Source: Rhynchobatus australiae
Taxonomy: Eukaryota
Direction of reading: 5' to 3'
NCBI GenBank assembly: GCA_034780895.1
Contig: JAUZTB010000118.1
Coordinates: forward strand, 66,954,649-67,018,648
Length of the DNA stretch: 64,000 nt
The position numbers and the translations under genes were made by a program. Numbering within the stretch: the stretch's first letter is position 1; the number at the start of each line of letters is the position of its first letter. Below, one piece after another: positions 1 to 13,599 of the stretch. Under the pieces are notes generated by a model, which did not search any database, was not told where the DNA came from, and worked only from the letters and a program-made list of their open reading frames with translations.

Positions 1-240
1 AGATATCAGAGGGAGGTTTTTCACCCAGAGAGTGGTTGGTGCATGGAATGCACTGCCTGGGGTGGTGGTGGGAGGCTGATATGTTGATCAAGTTCAAGAG
101 ATTGTTAGATAAGCATATGGAGGAATTTAAAATAGGGTGATATGTGGGAGGAAAGGGTTTGATATTCTTAGGCGTGGTTTAAAGTTCGGCACAATGTGGT
201 GGGCCGAAGGGCCTGTATTGTGCTGTATTGTTTTATGGTT
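1..240 (+). mobile_element. CR1-type LINE 3' end
   Basis: TTTTTCACCCAGAGAGTGGT...TGGAATG motif (FFTQRVV..WN) and GGGCCGAAGGGCCTGT...GTGCTGTA tail. Confidence 0.85.
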
Positions 241-832
241 AAAAATATCAAATTAAATCCCATTCCCAACCCACTCTTCCTGGTTAAAGCTAGAACATAA
301 AGGCTCTAGCTATAGTTGCAGGCTGTCTACCCGAATTATGAGTGACATCCAAGGGAAAAATATTATGCTGACTCAAGAGGGGGAGCTATCGATGTGATAT
401 TATGTTATTGAGTCAAAACTGCAGTAATTCAAGATGATAACTCACCACCATCTTATACGGGGCAATTAGAAATAGGCAATATATGCTAGCACTTCTCATA
501 TCCCTAAAAATTAATAATTAAGGACCATCACGTAAACCCAGTATATCTTATTAAACCTTAAACCCTCTGCCTTCAAAACCTGAATGTGGGTTAAAACCAT
601 GTACTTCCTGCATTAGTTTTACAATCTAAGTCAATAGAAAACTGGTAAGAAACATGCAATGGGATGTATTGCACTAAGTTTGTTTAAAAAAAACACACAA
701 AATTTACAAGAAAAAAATGTGGAAAAATTACTTAATTTTTAATGGAATCAGAAATAAGATCTTTTTACTTTACCTGATAAGAAATTTCAAATTAAATTTT
801 TAAATTAAATGTTTTCACACTACCAGTCTTAC

Positions 833-1016
833 CAAATCTCATTTCACAATCACAGCAGTCTTCAGCTTCTGGCAAAGCATCTGTGCAACATTTTAAACAG
901 TTGCCATCCTCAAGATTCATCAAGAGTTTTGGACTACAATCTGTGCAGTTGAAAGGTCCTGGCCCTTTACATTCCAGACAAGTATCATTGCATTTATCAC
1001 ACAATATTTCTGGATC
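833..1016 (-). CDS. PCSK5: PCSK5 penultimate PC5B exon: DPEILCDKCNDTCLECKGPGPFNCTDCSPKLLMNLEDGNCLKCCTDALPEAEDCCDCEMRF
   Basis: ttAG acceptor (1018-1017), GTAAGA donor (832-827), 184 nt, phase 0 to 1. Resembles human CEKCHESCMECKGPGAKNCTLC...CLHCC...ECCDC. Confidence 0.95.
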
Positions 1017-4000
1017 CTAATAATAAGCACAGAAAAAGGCATAAAGATCATGCATTTAAATTAGTTACCATATAACCAAACTCTGACAAATCTTTAGTCT
1101 ATTAAGTGCATTCACCTTTTGGTAAATATAGACTTTGGGTGAAAGAAAGAAAGAATGGATCCTGCACTAAACCTCTACAAAACAAAGGTCCTCTCTCAGC
1201 TCTTTACCTGCTGTAAAAACACTCAAGGCTCCCTCCCCCTGCCACCGCACAACAGAAGTCCACGACCAAACCATGGAAAATATGAACCATCTTTATACCT
1301 TAGGGCTATCAGTGAAGTTTCATTTTTATTATCTTCATACATCAATATCACAAACCCAGTGCAAAGCTTATAGTTTACAGGCAGCAGTGATCCCTGCCCA
1401 CCTATGTAATCCTGAGGTATGGACTATCTGCACATTGTACTAAAATATACTTACTGTAAAAGGTTAAATTTGTGGTAAAGTGATAAACAATTAAAACATT
1501 TTTACAGCTTAATTAATATTTCAGTGAATTTTACCTTGTGCTGTACACTCTCAAAATGTGTGGGAAAATTAGCAAAATTACAAATGAAACTCAGTTGTTA
1601 CAGACTAAAGAATAATGCACCATTACGTTAGAAGTAAAAAATACAATTTTTGATTTTAATCATCCAGAATATGCAAAAATAATAAGAAAAAGTTATGTCA
1701 GTACCAATCTACTTGCGTTAACTTAATTATGATACAATACTGTAATGATCTGGAAAGCATCACAATCGCCATCCACATCTGAAACCCTTAAGACAATTTG
1801 AGAAAATAATGTTAATTTACACTTTAAAGTATTATTATTGTTTCAATAGCAACTGAACGAAGTAGTAGCACAAGAATTCTTGTTCTGCTTTGGTATCTTT
1901 GAGTGGTTGCCATTATACTGTTCAAGAACAATATGAAAGTCACATCTACTGTTCACCAGCAGATTTGCTTCTTGTCTCTTGTAGTTTAATTCAGAGACAG
2001 ATTATATATAGAGATAAAGAACCTGACAACATACAAATTGTGGAATGTATGTCAATTGGGACCAAAAGACAGGAGTCCCCAAGGTCCAGTCCTGAGTTAA
2101 CTGATTTTTTTTAGGNNNNNNNNNNNNNNNNNNNNNNNNNNNNNNNNNNNNNNNNNNNNNNNNNNNNNNNNNNNNNNNNNNNNNNNNNNNNNNNNNNNNN
2201 NNNNNNNNNNNNNNNNNNNNNNNNNNNNNNNNNNNNNNNNNNNNNNNNNNNNNNNNNNNNNNNNNNNNNNNNNNNNNNNNNNNNNNNNNNNNNNNNNNNN
2301 NNNNNNNNNNNNNNNNNNNNNNNNNNNNNNNNNNNNNNNNNNNNNNNNNNNNNNNNNNNNNNNNNNNNNNNNNNNNNNNNNNNNNNNNNNNNNNNNNNNN
2401 NNNNNNNNNNNNNNNNNNNNNNNNNNNNNNNNNNNNNNNNNNNNNNNNNNNTTGGAAAGAAAATGGTAGACTACCATGGATTAACAGTGAAAGATATTTA
2501 ACAATGACATGATGACTATTCCAATTAAATACATTTCAATTAGGACTAATGAACTTTTGTTTAAAGCAAAGGTTTCAAGGATAAAAACATGGCATTAAGA
2601 TAAAACTGGATGTTTTAAAATAAGAGGCACATGGGAACTATCAGGAGTTGGAGATTAATAAGGAAGTAAAATATCTGAATAATAAACAACAGAGTAAAGA
2701 ATGTTAGGATAATATTAAGATCCAGCCACTCATCACCCATTTTTGTCCCTATCCCCCTCCTTTTCCATCCATTTACCATCCACACATTTTACTCAATGGA
2801 TCCTCTCTGCTACCTGTTCTTGTTCCATCTGCCCTTTATTTCTCTCTTAATGGTTTCCATGATCACCTTTCTTACTTATCAGATTCTACCACTGGTAGCT
2901 TTCGTGTTTCTGTTTATCACCGTCCTGGCTATCTCCACCTTCGGCGTCCCCTCCCCCACCTGGCTCCATCTCCCTTTTTTTGTCTGCCTCCACCTATCAT
3001 TCACTTGCCTCTGNNNNNNNNNNNNNNNNNNNNNNNNNNNNNNNNNNNNNNNNNNNNNNNNNNNNNNNNNNNNNNNNNNNNNNNNNNNNNNNNNNNNNNN
3101 NNNNNNNNNNNNNNNNNNNNNNNNNNNNNNNNNNNNNNNNNNNNNNNNNNNNNNNNNNNNNNNNNNNNNNNNNNNNNNNNNNNNNNNNNNNNNNNNNNNN
3201 NNNNNNNNNNNNNNNNNNNNNNNNNNNNNNNNNNNNNNNNNNNNNNNNNNNNNNNNNNNNNNNNNNNNNNNNNNNNNNNNNNNNNNNNNNNNNNNNNNNN
3301 NNNNNNNNNNNNNNNNNNNNNNNNNNNNNNNNNNNNNNNNNNNNNNNNNNNNNNNNNNNNNNNNNNNNNNNNNNNNNNNNNNNNNNNNNNNNNNNNNNNN
3401 NNNNNNNNNNNNNNNNNNNNNNNNNNNNNNNNNNNNNNNNNNNNNNNNNNNNNNNNNNNNNNNNNNNNNNNNNNNNNNNNNNNNNNNNNNNNNNNNNNNN
3501 NNNNNNNNNNNNNNNNNNNNNNNNNNNNNNNNNNNNNNNNNNNNNNNNNNNNNNNNNNNNNNNNNNNNNNNNNNNNNNNNNNNNNNNNNNNNNNNNNNNN
3601 NNNNNNNNNNNNNNNNNNNNNNNNNNNNNNNNNNNNNNNNNNNNNNNNNNNNNNNNNNNNNNNNNNNNNNNNNNNNNNNNNNNNNNNNNNNNNNNNNNNN
3701 NNNNNNNNNNNNNNNNNNNNNNNNNNNNNNNNNNNNNNNNNNNNNNNNNNNNNNNNNNNNNNNNNNNNNNNNNNNNNNNNNNNNNNNNNNNNNNNNNNNN
3801 NNNNNNNNNNNNNNNNNNNNNNNNNNNNNNNNNNNNNNNTGGAAGTTCAGATTAGATTCTGCCTCTATGCTGTGTCAGTTTGAACACCATGAATATTCGA
3901 ATGTGTACTTGGTACTTCACAGTAAAACCAATTCTAAGCAAATACTTTACAGTTACAATTTCAGAAAAGATACAATGTAAGGCAGCCAACAGTAGGTACC

Positions 4001-5059
4001 TCTGAGACCAAGTATTGCCCAGAAAAACACTGAGAACTGCAAATGCTTCCAAACATCTTGAAGCCCCAATAGCAGGAAGTACATCGAATAGGTCCTTTAC
4101 CTAGTAAAAGAAAAATACTGAATTAGCATTTTCAATGAGATAGATGAACCTTTCGCCTCTAACAGGAAAAGGCTCAGAAGCAAATTGAAAAGTCAGAGTT
4201 AGACTTGAATTATACCTTTGTGAATATAATGGGGATTATCTAAATTTAAATGTTAGTGGGTTTGAATATACTCGTACATTCTTCAAAATAACTTAAGGTG
4301 AATGCTTATGCTTTTTTTCCTTTATTTTCTATTGTTTTGCTTGATGGTTTGTTCAAGTTTGTTTCTATCATCTCAGACAGTCAGCTNNNNNNNNNNNNNN
4401 NNNNNNNNNNNNNNNNNNNNNNNNNNNNNNNNNNNNNNNNNNNNNNNNNNNNNNNNNNNNNNNNNNNNNNNNNNNNNNNNNNNNNNTGGGTTTACATTTC
4501 AACATTGATGCATTACCTTTTTTATATAATTTAGAGATTTATTCTTGTATATCACTAAAAATTAGTTAAGGAAGTATGGCACTTTAGATATATACAGCAA
4601 GTATTCTCATCAAGGTGTGTAAATTTTCCTTCTAATGACAATGAAAAGTAATAATATCTTCTATGATGAATCATGTCCTGCATGTTTCAACCACACATAT
4701 TTTCTTCAATCTAGTTGACAAGCAATCCAATCTTTGATACCATGATTATCCTTCTACAGCTATGGTCTCTGTTCCCAATATATTATCCCGTAGAAAACTT
4801 CTACCCATCAAATCCTGCAGTCTGACATATTCAGAGATATGGATTTTCTAATATCGTGTAAATTTACTGGGAGTAAATTTACTTCCGGTAAGTACTGTGT
4901 AATGAATTGACCTGTACAGTCGGTTTGTAAGACAAGCTTTTCACTGCACCTCAGTACAGGTGACAATAATAAACCAATACCAAGTATCAAAAGTGAAATT
5001 TAGTGGATGTTGGAAATCCAAAGTAAAAGCACAAATTTCTGAAGGATCACAGTAACATT

Positions 5060-5700
5060 AAAAGTAGAAGCAGGATTGGCTACTTGATCCCACATGCTAG
5101 CTCCGTCATTAATAACTTCATGCCCAATCTTTTGCCTCAGCCCATTTTCCTGCACTAACCCCATATCTTTTGATTTCATTAAAGTCTAAATTACTATTGA
5201 GCTCTTATCTTGAATGTATTCAGCAATTAATCCTCAACAGTCCTCTAATATACTTATGTTTTGATGTTCCAATTAGTGAATTCCAAAGATTCATTGCCTT
5301 TGATGGAGAAATGTCTTCTTATCTCTACCTTGAATGGTTGACATTTATTTTCAGACTGAAAGCTCTGGTGTTAGGCACCTGAGCCAATTGAAACATTATT
5401 CTTGCATCTACTCTGTAAAGTCCCTGAAAAGGTGTTATATGCTTTAATGTGATCTCCTCTCATTCTTCTCACTTGAGGAGAGTACAGGTTTAGTCTGCTT
5501 AATTTATCCTCATAGAACAAACCTCTCCTCCCAGGAATCAATCTGGTTAAATCCTCAGTATAATCATTCTGTTGCAAATTTATCCTTGCTCATGTAGGGA
5601 AGCAAGACCCCATATATTTGCAGCAAGGTATTTTAACTCTTGAACTCAAATTCTCTTACATATATAAAGACCAACAAATAATTTGTCTTCCTAATTGGTT
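5060..5700 (-). mobile_element. Degenerate CR1 LINE 3' fragment
   Basis: Translated remnant TRLIPG..GLFYEDKLSRLNLYS..RRMRGD.IKAY. Boundaries approximate. Confidence 0.75.
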
Positions 5701-5704
5701 GCTC

Positions 5705-6810
5705 TGGATCACCTCGACAATTAGAATAATATGTTAGTATGCTATTCATTGAATACAGTTCAGCTTTCAACAACATAATACCTAATAAGTTCATCACTAA
5801 ACTCTTGGACCTTGGCCATGGGGGGTCCCCAGCTGCAAATGGCGTCTAGACTTCCTGACTGGCAGACCTCATCTGGTTAGAATTGGTCATCAAGTTTCAT
5901 CTACCCTGACCCTCAACGCTGGTGCTTCCCAGCGTTGTGTGCTCAGCCCCCTGTTCTAGTCCCTGTATACCCAGTGGCCAGCATAACTCAGCCTTTAAGT
6001 TCAGCAGTGACACCAGTGTTATAGGCCAGCCCAACAGACAGAGTAAAGCAAAGATCGTGAATCTCATGTCATGGTGTCCAAACAACAAACTAGCCCTTAA
6101 CATCAGCAAGACAAAAGAGCTGGTTGTTAGCCTAAAGAAGCAGTTGGGGGATTGGGGCGGGGGTGCGTGAGGGGGGACCCTGTCCTCATCCATGGAACTG
6201 CTGCAGACATGGTCAACAGCTTCAAGATCCTAGGCATCCATATCACCAGCAACCTCTCCTGCTCCCTCCATGCTGATGCAGTGATCAAAAAAAGTGCACC
6301 AGCACATTCATTTTCTTAAACACTGCCCAGTCCACCATAGGCTTGTCATTTCTTTCTGCCTGGTCCATCTTCACGTGCATTGCTTCAGGAAGGCTTATTA
6401 TGAAAAATTGCCTGCAAAACTGCACATTCCCTTCTCTCTCTTCAACCTTCTGGGAGAAGATACAGGAGCTTGGAAGTTCGGATGACCAGAATGAAGAACA
6501 GTTTCTTCCCCACTGCTATCAGACTTCTGAACCAGTCACCTCTTTTAACATCCTTTTCCTGGTGCCACATTCTTGGAATCTTAATTCTACCCCTCTCAGT
6601 TGTGCCCTTGTTGACACTGTAGCATTTCTCTTCTCTCTACTTCAGATTGCACAACTGTCATCACACCATTCTGTTGTTTGTGCTCGTCACTGTATTTAAT
6701 TGTTGTGTTTATTATTACCATGTGTACTGTTTACTCTGGGAGCTTCATGTGAGCAACATATTTCATTGCACCCTGGTTTACACGACAATAAGTTAATCTG
6801 AATTTGAATC
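5705..6810 (+). mobile_element. Degenerate Rex1/Babar-type LINE (RT C-terminal part plus 3' UTR)
   Basis: Remnants resembling HLD..YV.MLFI.YSSAFN.IIP.K.ITKL.DLG and WC..NKLALNISKTKELVV, with frameshifts and stops. Confidence 0.75.
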
Positions 6811-7133
6811 AGAATCATGTTGCAGCCTGTGAGTGTTGAATTCAACAGCTTCATGTAACTTGCACTCATCATTTGTATAAGAAGTAGCCAATTCTGCCAT
6901 AGGGCATCCACCTGAAATACTGACTCAGCTTTTCTCTCTCCATGGCCTGACCTGCTTAGCAGTCCTTAACAGTTTTGCATTTCACAGCTCTTCCATTCCC
7001 TTTTACTCTTTCTCTCTAACTGCTCTCATTAATTCTTCACTAACAGTGTATTCCCAATTTTAACCTCACTCTATTGGAAATATTTCCTTTTTCCAATCTC
7101 TCTGCAACTTAAAATTATCTTTTTCTCTTTCCT

Positions 7134-7250
7134 GGCTCTGATGAAGGATCTTCAACCTGAAACATTCACTTTGTTTCTCTTTCTGCAGATGCTGCCTGAC
7201 ATGCAAACTGTTTCAGCAGCTTCTGTTTTTATTTTAGACTCTAATATCTG
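7134..7250 (+). ncRNA. Hammerhead-ribozyme-like motif in Penelope-associated terminal repeat (best-preserved core)
   Basis: CTGATGA (7138-7144), stem II AGG...CCT, GAAAC (7159-7163), followed by the family motif CAGATGCTGCCTGAC. Confidence 0.5.
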
Positions 7251-7346
7251 CCATTCATNNNNNNNNNNNNNNNNNNNNNNNNNNNNNNNNNNNNNNNNNN
7301 NNNNNNNNNNNNNNNNNNNNNNNNNNNNNNNNNNNNNNNNNNNNNN

Positions 7347-7561
7347 CACAGGTTTTGCAACTAGGGTGGCACCTTTCACCGGTCTGCTCCAACTTATCTT
7401 CATAGTATTGTTCGGGACATTTTTGATAGCATTTGCTGTGAGATTTCAGCAGGAAATGATCATTTTGACAGGTCTGGCATTCATGTTCATTTGGACCCCA
7501 ACATTCTTTACAGCTTGTGTGACAGTTTTTACAAATTCCATCCGATGGATCTCCAAAACGC
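7347..7561 (-). CDS. PCSK5: PCSK5 exon, 3' end lost in gap: RFGDPSDGICKNCHTSCKECWGPNEHECQTCQNDHFLLKSHSKCYQKCPEQYYEDKLEQTGERCHPSCKTC
   Basis: ctAG acceptor (7563-7562). Phase 2 start matches the upstream exon. Donor lies in N run 7259-7346. Confidence 0.92.
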
Positions 7562-10180
7562 CTAGCATAAATGGTGTGTGAGAATAAATCTCTTATTGGT
7601 AACACAGAAAACAATTTTATTCCTTTCATAATATTGCATTACTTGGCATGAAGATAAAGAGTGAGTAACAAAAAAGAACTGAATAAAACCATTCACTTTA
7701 TTCTTAAGATATTTTGAATTTGCTTTCAACCATACATTACCATAAGAACACTTAACACATTTATACAAGTTGCATGTCACTATTTTCATGCTGATAATTT
7801 TAAATATGCACTTTAAAGATGGTCCATAGGAGATGCAGAAGGGGCTATCTCTTAATGTTTAATAGTGATCTTTTTTAGGCAAGTGGATCTGTTTGATTCT
7901 TATAAAATGAAGACCATAACATAACAAGTCATAGTCTATGACATCTGTTCATTCTAATAGATAAATGTGAATTTAATTTTTTAATTGGAAAAGAGTTTGT
8001 GACATCAAAACATAAGTATATATAGATTTTTAAATGTCTATATCTCAAATTTAAGGATCAGAACAAATTACAGCATTTACATAAAATGTGGTAATCGCTT
8101 TGGAGACAAGTTTCTTTGTATGACACTATGATTGTTATCAGCTTTCCCTGGTGGTCAGCTAATGCACAAAAGATAAAATGGCTTGGTCCACAGAATCATG
8201 TGTTAAATTATTGGACTGTAGGTGTTTTTATTTGATGTTTGTGTAGAAAGATTGGAAATGAAATGATAATTGGTGACAGGAAGAAGGGAGATGCAGGATG
8301 ATTAGTGGAGTGAGTATTGTTGGCCTTTTGTGAAATTTTATGTTTTTTATTCCTCAACTATGGAGTATGTTTTATCACCAATGAGTTGGATTTCACTAAC
8401 ACAGTTATTGTGCTAGTATTAGTTCTGTCATGATGAACAAAATTGGTACTTTGGATTCCTTCAATTGAATTTTGGATTGAATATGTGGAAAGAAGAGAAC
8501 AAGCTTTTGCTGCAGAAAATGATAATCAAAAAGACTGCAGATGCTGCAAATTTCTCTGTCTGACTCAAGTCCTGACAAAGGGTCACAGACCTGAAACATT
8601 CACTTCATGGATGCTGCCCAACCTGCTGAGTGTTTCCAGCATTTTTCATTTTTGCTGGAAATGATATTGCAAAAAGAAAGATTCCATCAATTTTTCTCAT
8701 GTCTCTGTATGTTAAAACATGAATAGATAAAAGTTTCCTGGTTCCAGAGAAACCAGGAGACAAGACATTTTAAAAGTTGGTTGAATCAGTTGAGCAGCAT
8801 GAGTGTACCAGCCCAAGACCCACAATGTAATGGTACGTTTAGCAGCTGAAACCGGCAGTCAGTTGAAACCACTGCAGCTCTTAAAGCCACTGTTTGTTGC
8901 AAACAAAGCGGAAGCAATCATACAATGCTATATCTCATTATCAACATTAAAGTGCATGAGAATTTACCAAAACCAGAAGTTTCCTCAACTGCTACTGAAA
9001 CCTTGCAGTGAAGAAGGACATACATGGAAAAGAAGTGTTAGAACGTACTAGCGATTTTCCAATGCATATTCACAATTAGTGAAGAAGCCATACAATACAT
9101 TGAATTTGTAAATATGAAATGTTAGTTATATATCTTTGTATTATTGCACTTTTGTGTCTGTTAATGTATATACAGTTTCATCTGCACTTGGGAAGAGGAA
9201 ATATGGGGAACCATTAAATGTAATGTGATCACACCTCCCCTCTGATGATCTCATGATGGCATAAAAAATGGTTTTCCTAAGTGAAGCTGCTGGATAATAG
9301 ATGCTGTNNNNNNNNNNNNNNNNNNNNNCAGAGTGGCGGCATTATACTAAATAGGGATATAATATTCAATCAATGAAACAAACTTACAAAACTACAAAAG
9401 TTGCACGAACTAAAGACAAGACTCTTCAATATCTGTGACTTGGCCAAACTACATTAAATTACACGTGTAAGATGGGGAAACTAAACACATTTTAAATTGA
9501 GTTTGTTTAATTAAAAATTGGAACATCCAGATTTCTTCAGAATCAATAAAACTCAAATTCCTAAATGTTCCCAAAAAATTATAGAAGAAATTTAAAGCAA
9601 ACAAACATAAAACTATGCCAAACAGCTTGGAATTTCTGTCGTCAGTACAGCTGTGAATACAGATCTGAAAATTACTCAATTTCTGCTCCGTTGCCGTTTT
9701 GTTTTGGCGACTTGGCTGGAACCAGTGTAACTGACACAACAGATCATCAATTTTATAATCAATTTTAGTTCAATGCAGTCCATGTTTCTTGGTTTAGTGC
9801 TTCAGTTTTATTGCCGTTGCAATACAAGGCCACATCCACAAAATTGAATATATTTCCCCATACTCCTGCACCAAAATTAATTATTTTAAAATTTTCCTCT
9901 AAGATCAATTTTCTTTATTGCTATATGATCAGAACATATGATCATAAACAAATTATAATTTATAAGCAATCAATCATTTTATCCAAAAAATCATAGAAAA
10001 ATCATGACGCAGAAGATGATCATGCAGCCTATTGTGGCCGTGATGGTAAGCTGTATAAAATAGCTCCTATAGATGCTGGTGAAATTGCTGCCACCTCATA
10101 AGAGTCAAACTCCTTCAGCCTATTAATCTCTCCAGCTGAAATTCCAATCAAATAATTTTAATTTGATCCATGGCACTTAC

Positions 10181-10352
10181 CCAGATCCACACCTCTTGAC
10201 ACAAATTGAGTCCAGCTTGTACCAGTCCGATTTACAGACAACACAATCTTTCTTTGATGGCCCACTGCAAGTCTCACAGCCTTTGTAGCAAGCAAAACAG
10301 TGATGCCGTTCTGCGTAGTATCCATCAGGACAAGATTCTATGCATGTCTTAT
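10181..10352 (-). CDS. PCSK5: PCSK5 exon: (N)KTCIESCPDGYYAERHHCFACYKGCETCSGPSKKDCVVCKSDWYKLDSICVKRCGS(G)
   Basis: ttAG acceptor, GTAAGT donor, 172 nt, phase 1 to 2. Found by manual reading; not in the ORF track. Confidence 0.95.
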
Positions 10353-11204
10353 CTAATTAATAGATACATAATTACAATTAACTTTATGAGATGAAACAAT
10401 AAAGTTCGGAATACTTCTACCGTGCAGCTTTTGAGAAAATAAATTTCAAACTAAGGACATCATAAGGGACATCTTAATGGGATCAATCAAACAAAATAAG
10501 CAATTTTGATTGATTGCTTACAGAAAACAAACAGAATATTATGTAATTGTCAGTAATAGTAAGACAATTATCACTTAATAATTCCAAAGCAATTCCTATT
10601 TGGCCAGCATTTGATTTATTTTGCATTGTAGAAACAACTTCATGTACAGATAACCTTTCTGGTTTTAAAGTAGAAGACTGTGATTTCAAATGGAAGCAAC
10701 AAGTGATGGAGAGAGCAGTGGAATGTTCACAAAAAGGAAAGCTGAACATCTAAGATAAATGTTGTACAAACTGTTAGAAACTATAATATATTTTTACTAA
10801 TCAGATTCCCATACTTCTCTGATTTCATTTCTATCCCCTTCTCTTTATAATCCAATGGAATAATCAGTCCCAACAACAGTGCTTCAGTGCCAACAGATTC
10901 CGTTTAATGATAGACCACGTTCAATGCACATTGGAGGATGAAAGGTGGTAATGAGGTGCTCTGGTTTCCAGTGTCTACAATGTCTGAAGCAAATTTCTGA
11001 TTACTTCCTCTATCTGGACTTGTAACTGAATGATGATCAGATTATCAGGGTTATAATTAAAGGAGTAATTTTTAATTAAAATAAACTAGTCCATGTGAGA
11101 ATTACAAAACAAATTTAAATTTATATCCTTTGATAATCAAATTTACAAGAAAAAAATGTACACCTATTGCACTTTTCACATCTTTTTTGGTGGAGTAGTG
11201 TTTT

Positions 11205-11501
11205 GTTAGAGATATCTTTATTAGTCACATGTACATCGAAACACAGTGAAATACATCTTTTGCATAGAGTGTTCTGGGGGCAGCCCACAAGTGTTGCCAC
11301 ACTTCCGGCACCGACATCGCATGCCCACAACTTTCTAACCTGTATGTCTTTGGAATGTGGGAGGAAACCAGAGTACCCAGAGGAAACCCACGTAAACACA
11401 GGGAGAATGTACAAACTCCTTACAGACAGTGGCCGGAATTGAACACCGGTCACTGGTGATGTAATAGCATTATACTAACCACTAACACTACTGAGCCTGC
11501 C
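11205..11501 (-). mobile_element. tRNA-derived V-SINE (HE1-like)
   Basis: Minus strand has a tRNA-like head with GTTCAATTCC B-box, followed by V-domain GTGGGTTTCCTCTGGGTACTCTGGTTTCCTCCCACATTCCAAAGAC. Confidence 0.8.
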
Positions 11502-11794
11502 AATTTGACTGACATTCTGATCTGGCAAAACATTACCAATGTTTAAAAAATTACTTTATGTTTCTTTCAATGATTGTACCTCGATTTGTGTGAGTGTAAC
11601 CAAGTATCTTCCCTATCTCTGTCACACAGTACTTTCAACCTTGGGGGCATTTCCAGAGTGAGATTTATGATCCAAACAAGTGAGCTTGCTTGAAGTCAGT
11701 AGTTTGGTTTTACTTTTTAAAGTGATGGTCATTAAAATAGCTTAGAATTTTAAAACAAATGTGCTCTAAAAAGTGAGATTTCACAGCTCTAGAT

Positions 11795-12850
11795 TAAGAA
11801 TAGAACATAGTACAGTACATCACAGGAACAGCCCCTTCGTCATCTGTGTTGACTATGATGGCCATCTAAATTAATCCCATCTGCCTACACATGGTCTATA
11901 TCCCTCCATTTCCTGCCTGTTCATGGGCCTGTCTTAAGTGCCTCTTAAATGTTCCTATTGTATTTATTTCCAACACATCCCCTGGCAGAAAAAGTTTCTC
12001 CTCTTAAAAAAGTTGCCTCTTAAATCTCTTCTAAACTTTCCCCCTCTCACCTTAAAGCTACGCCCTCTAGTATTTGACATTTCCACCCTGAGGAAAAGAT
12101 TCTGACGACCTACCACATTTTTGCCTCTCATAATTTTATAAACTTCGATCAGGTCACCCCTTAGTTTCTGATGCTTCATAGAAAGCAGTCCAAGTTTCTC
12201 CAGCATCTCCTCATAGCTATTGTTCTATAATCCAGGAAACATCCTGGTGAACCTCTTCTGCACCTTCTCCAAAGCCTCCACTTCCTTCCTAATATGTGAC
12301 TATCAGAACTGCACAAAATATTCCAAGTATGGCCTAACTAAATTTTTATACAACTGCAAAATGACTTTCCAGCTTTTATACTCAACACCTTGACTGATGA
12401 CGGCAAATATGCCATACACCTTCTTTACCACCTTGTCTACTTGTGTTGCCACTTTCAGCCCAAGATCCCTCTGTACATAAATGTTCCGGAGGGCCCTGGC
12501 ATTTATGGTATACTTTCTCCTTGCATTTGACCTTCTAAAGTGCAACACCTTATTCTTGTCTGGATTAAATTCAACTGCCATTTCCCTGCCCACATTTTCA
12601 TCTGCTCTATATCTTGCTGAATCTTTGACAGTCTTCCTCACTATCCATAACTCTGCCAATTTTTGTGTCATCTGCAAACTTACTACATTTTTGGCCAGAT
12701 CATTTATATATAATCGCAAACAATAGAGGTCCCAGCACTGATACTTGCGAAACACCACTGATCACAGGCTTCCAGTCAGATTTACACCCTCTGCCTTCCA
12801 CGGCCAAGCCAATTTTGAATCCAGTCCACCATGGATCCCACATGGCTTAA
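11795..12850 (-). mobile_element. 5'-truncated CR1 LINE
   Basis: Remnants QLYKNLVRPYLEY.VQF and LEKLGLLS...LRGDLIEVYKIMRG, with 3' tail near 11795. Confidence 0.9.
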
Positions 12851-12947
12851 ATAGCTATCAATATTTCTTGATAGTTTGAAGATGCNNNNNNNNNNNNNAA
12901 AAAGACAATGAACTTTTAGTATATTGAAACTACTGAAACATACTTAC

Positions 12948-13175
12948 TAAGTAAAAAATGATTATAATCACAACTGAGGCAATCGTGGTCCGTGGGCCCA
13001 TAACAGCGCTGACATTTTTTGTGACAAGGCCTGCAGATCTGGTCCATATACATATTCAGGGCACAGTCCTTGTGTGTTACACAGTGCCCTTCTCTGTTCT
13101 TTATAAATCCTGTTATGCAATGATTGCAGTCTGTTGAATGGGGTCCGTTGCATGTCCTACATGTCTTATCACACT
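12948..13175 (-). CDS. PCSK5: PCSK5 exon: CDKTCRTCNGPHSTDCNHCITGFIKNREGHCVTHKDCALNMYMDQICRPCHKKCQRCYGPTDHDCLSCDYNHFLL
   Basis: Polypyrimidine tract plus tAG acceptor, GTAAGT donor, 228 nt, phase 1 to 1. Confidence 0.95.
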
Positions 13176-13239
13176 CTACAAATAAAAGAAAATGCACGTT
13201 ATCTCAAGTTCACAATTTGGAATGGCATTATTAGGCATT

Positions 13240-13577
13240 AGAGACATAGTCATTCAACACGAAAAGAAGCCCTTTACAGCTCAGTGTGTCCATGCCAACC
13301 ATCAAACACCCATTTACACTAATCCTAGACTAATCCCATTTTTATTCTCCCCACATTCCCCACAACTACTCTCACCCACTCATTCTACCACTCATCTAGA
13401 CTCTAGTGACAATTTGCCATGGTTAATTAACCTACCAACCCACTGCCCTTTGGGACGTTTGAAGAAACCACAGCACCCAAAGGAAGTCCATGTGATTACA
13501 GAGAGAACATGCAAACTCCACAAAGACAGCAACAGAGATCAGACTGAGTTGCAAGGCAGCAGCTCTACTAGCTGCTG
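13240..13577 (-). mobile_element. Degenerate V-SINE
   Basis: V-domain-like GGGTGCTGTGGTTTCTTC on the minus strand plus CR1-like tail. Confidence 0.65.
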
Positions 13578-13599
13578 ATAAATGTCAAAGTCAATCCTA

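Noticed and set aside
2097-3980. Long ORFs in the track (also near 14835, 21156, 33510, 55898)
   Set aside because: Their length comes from translating N runs.
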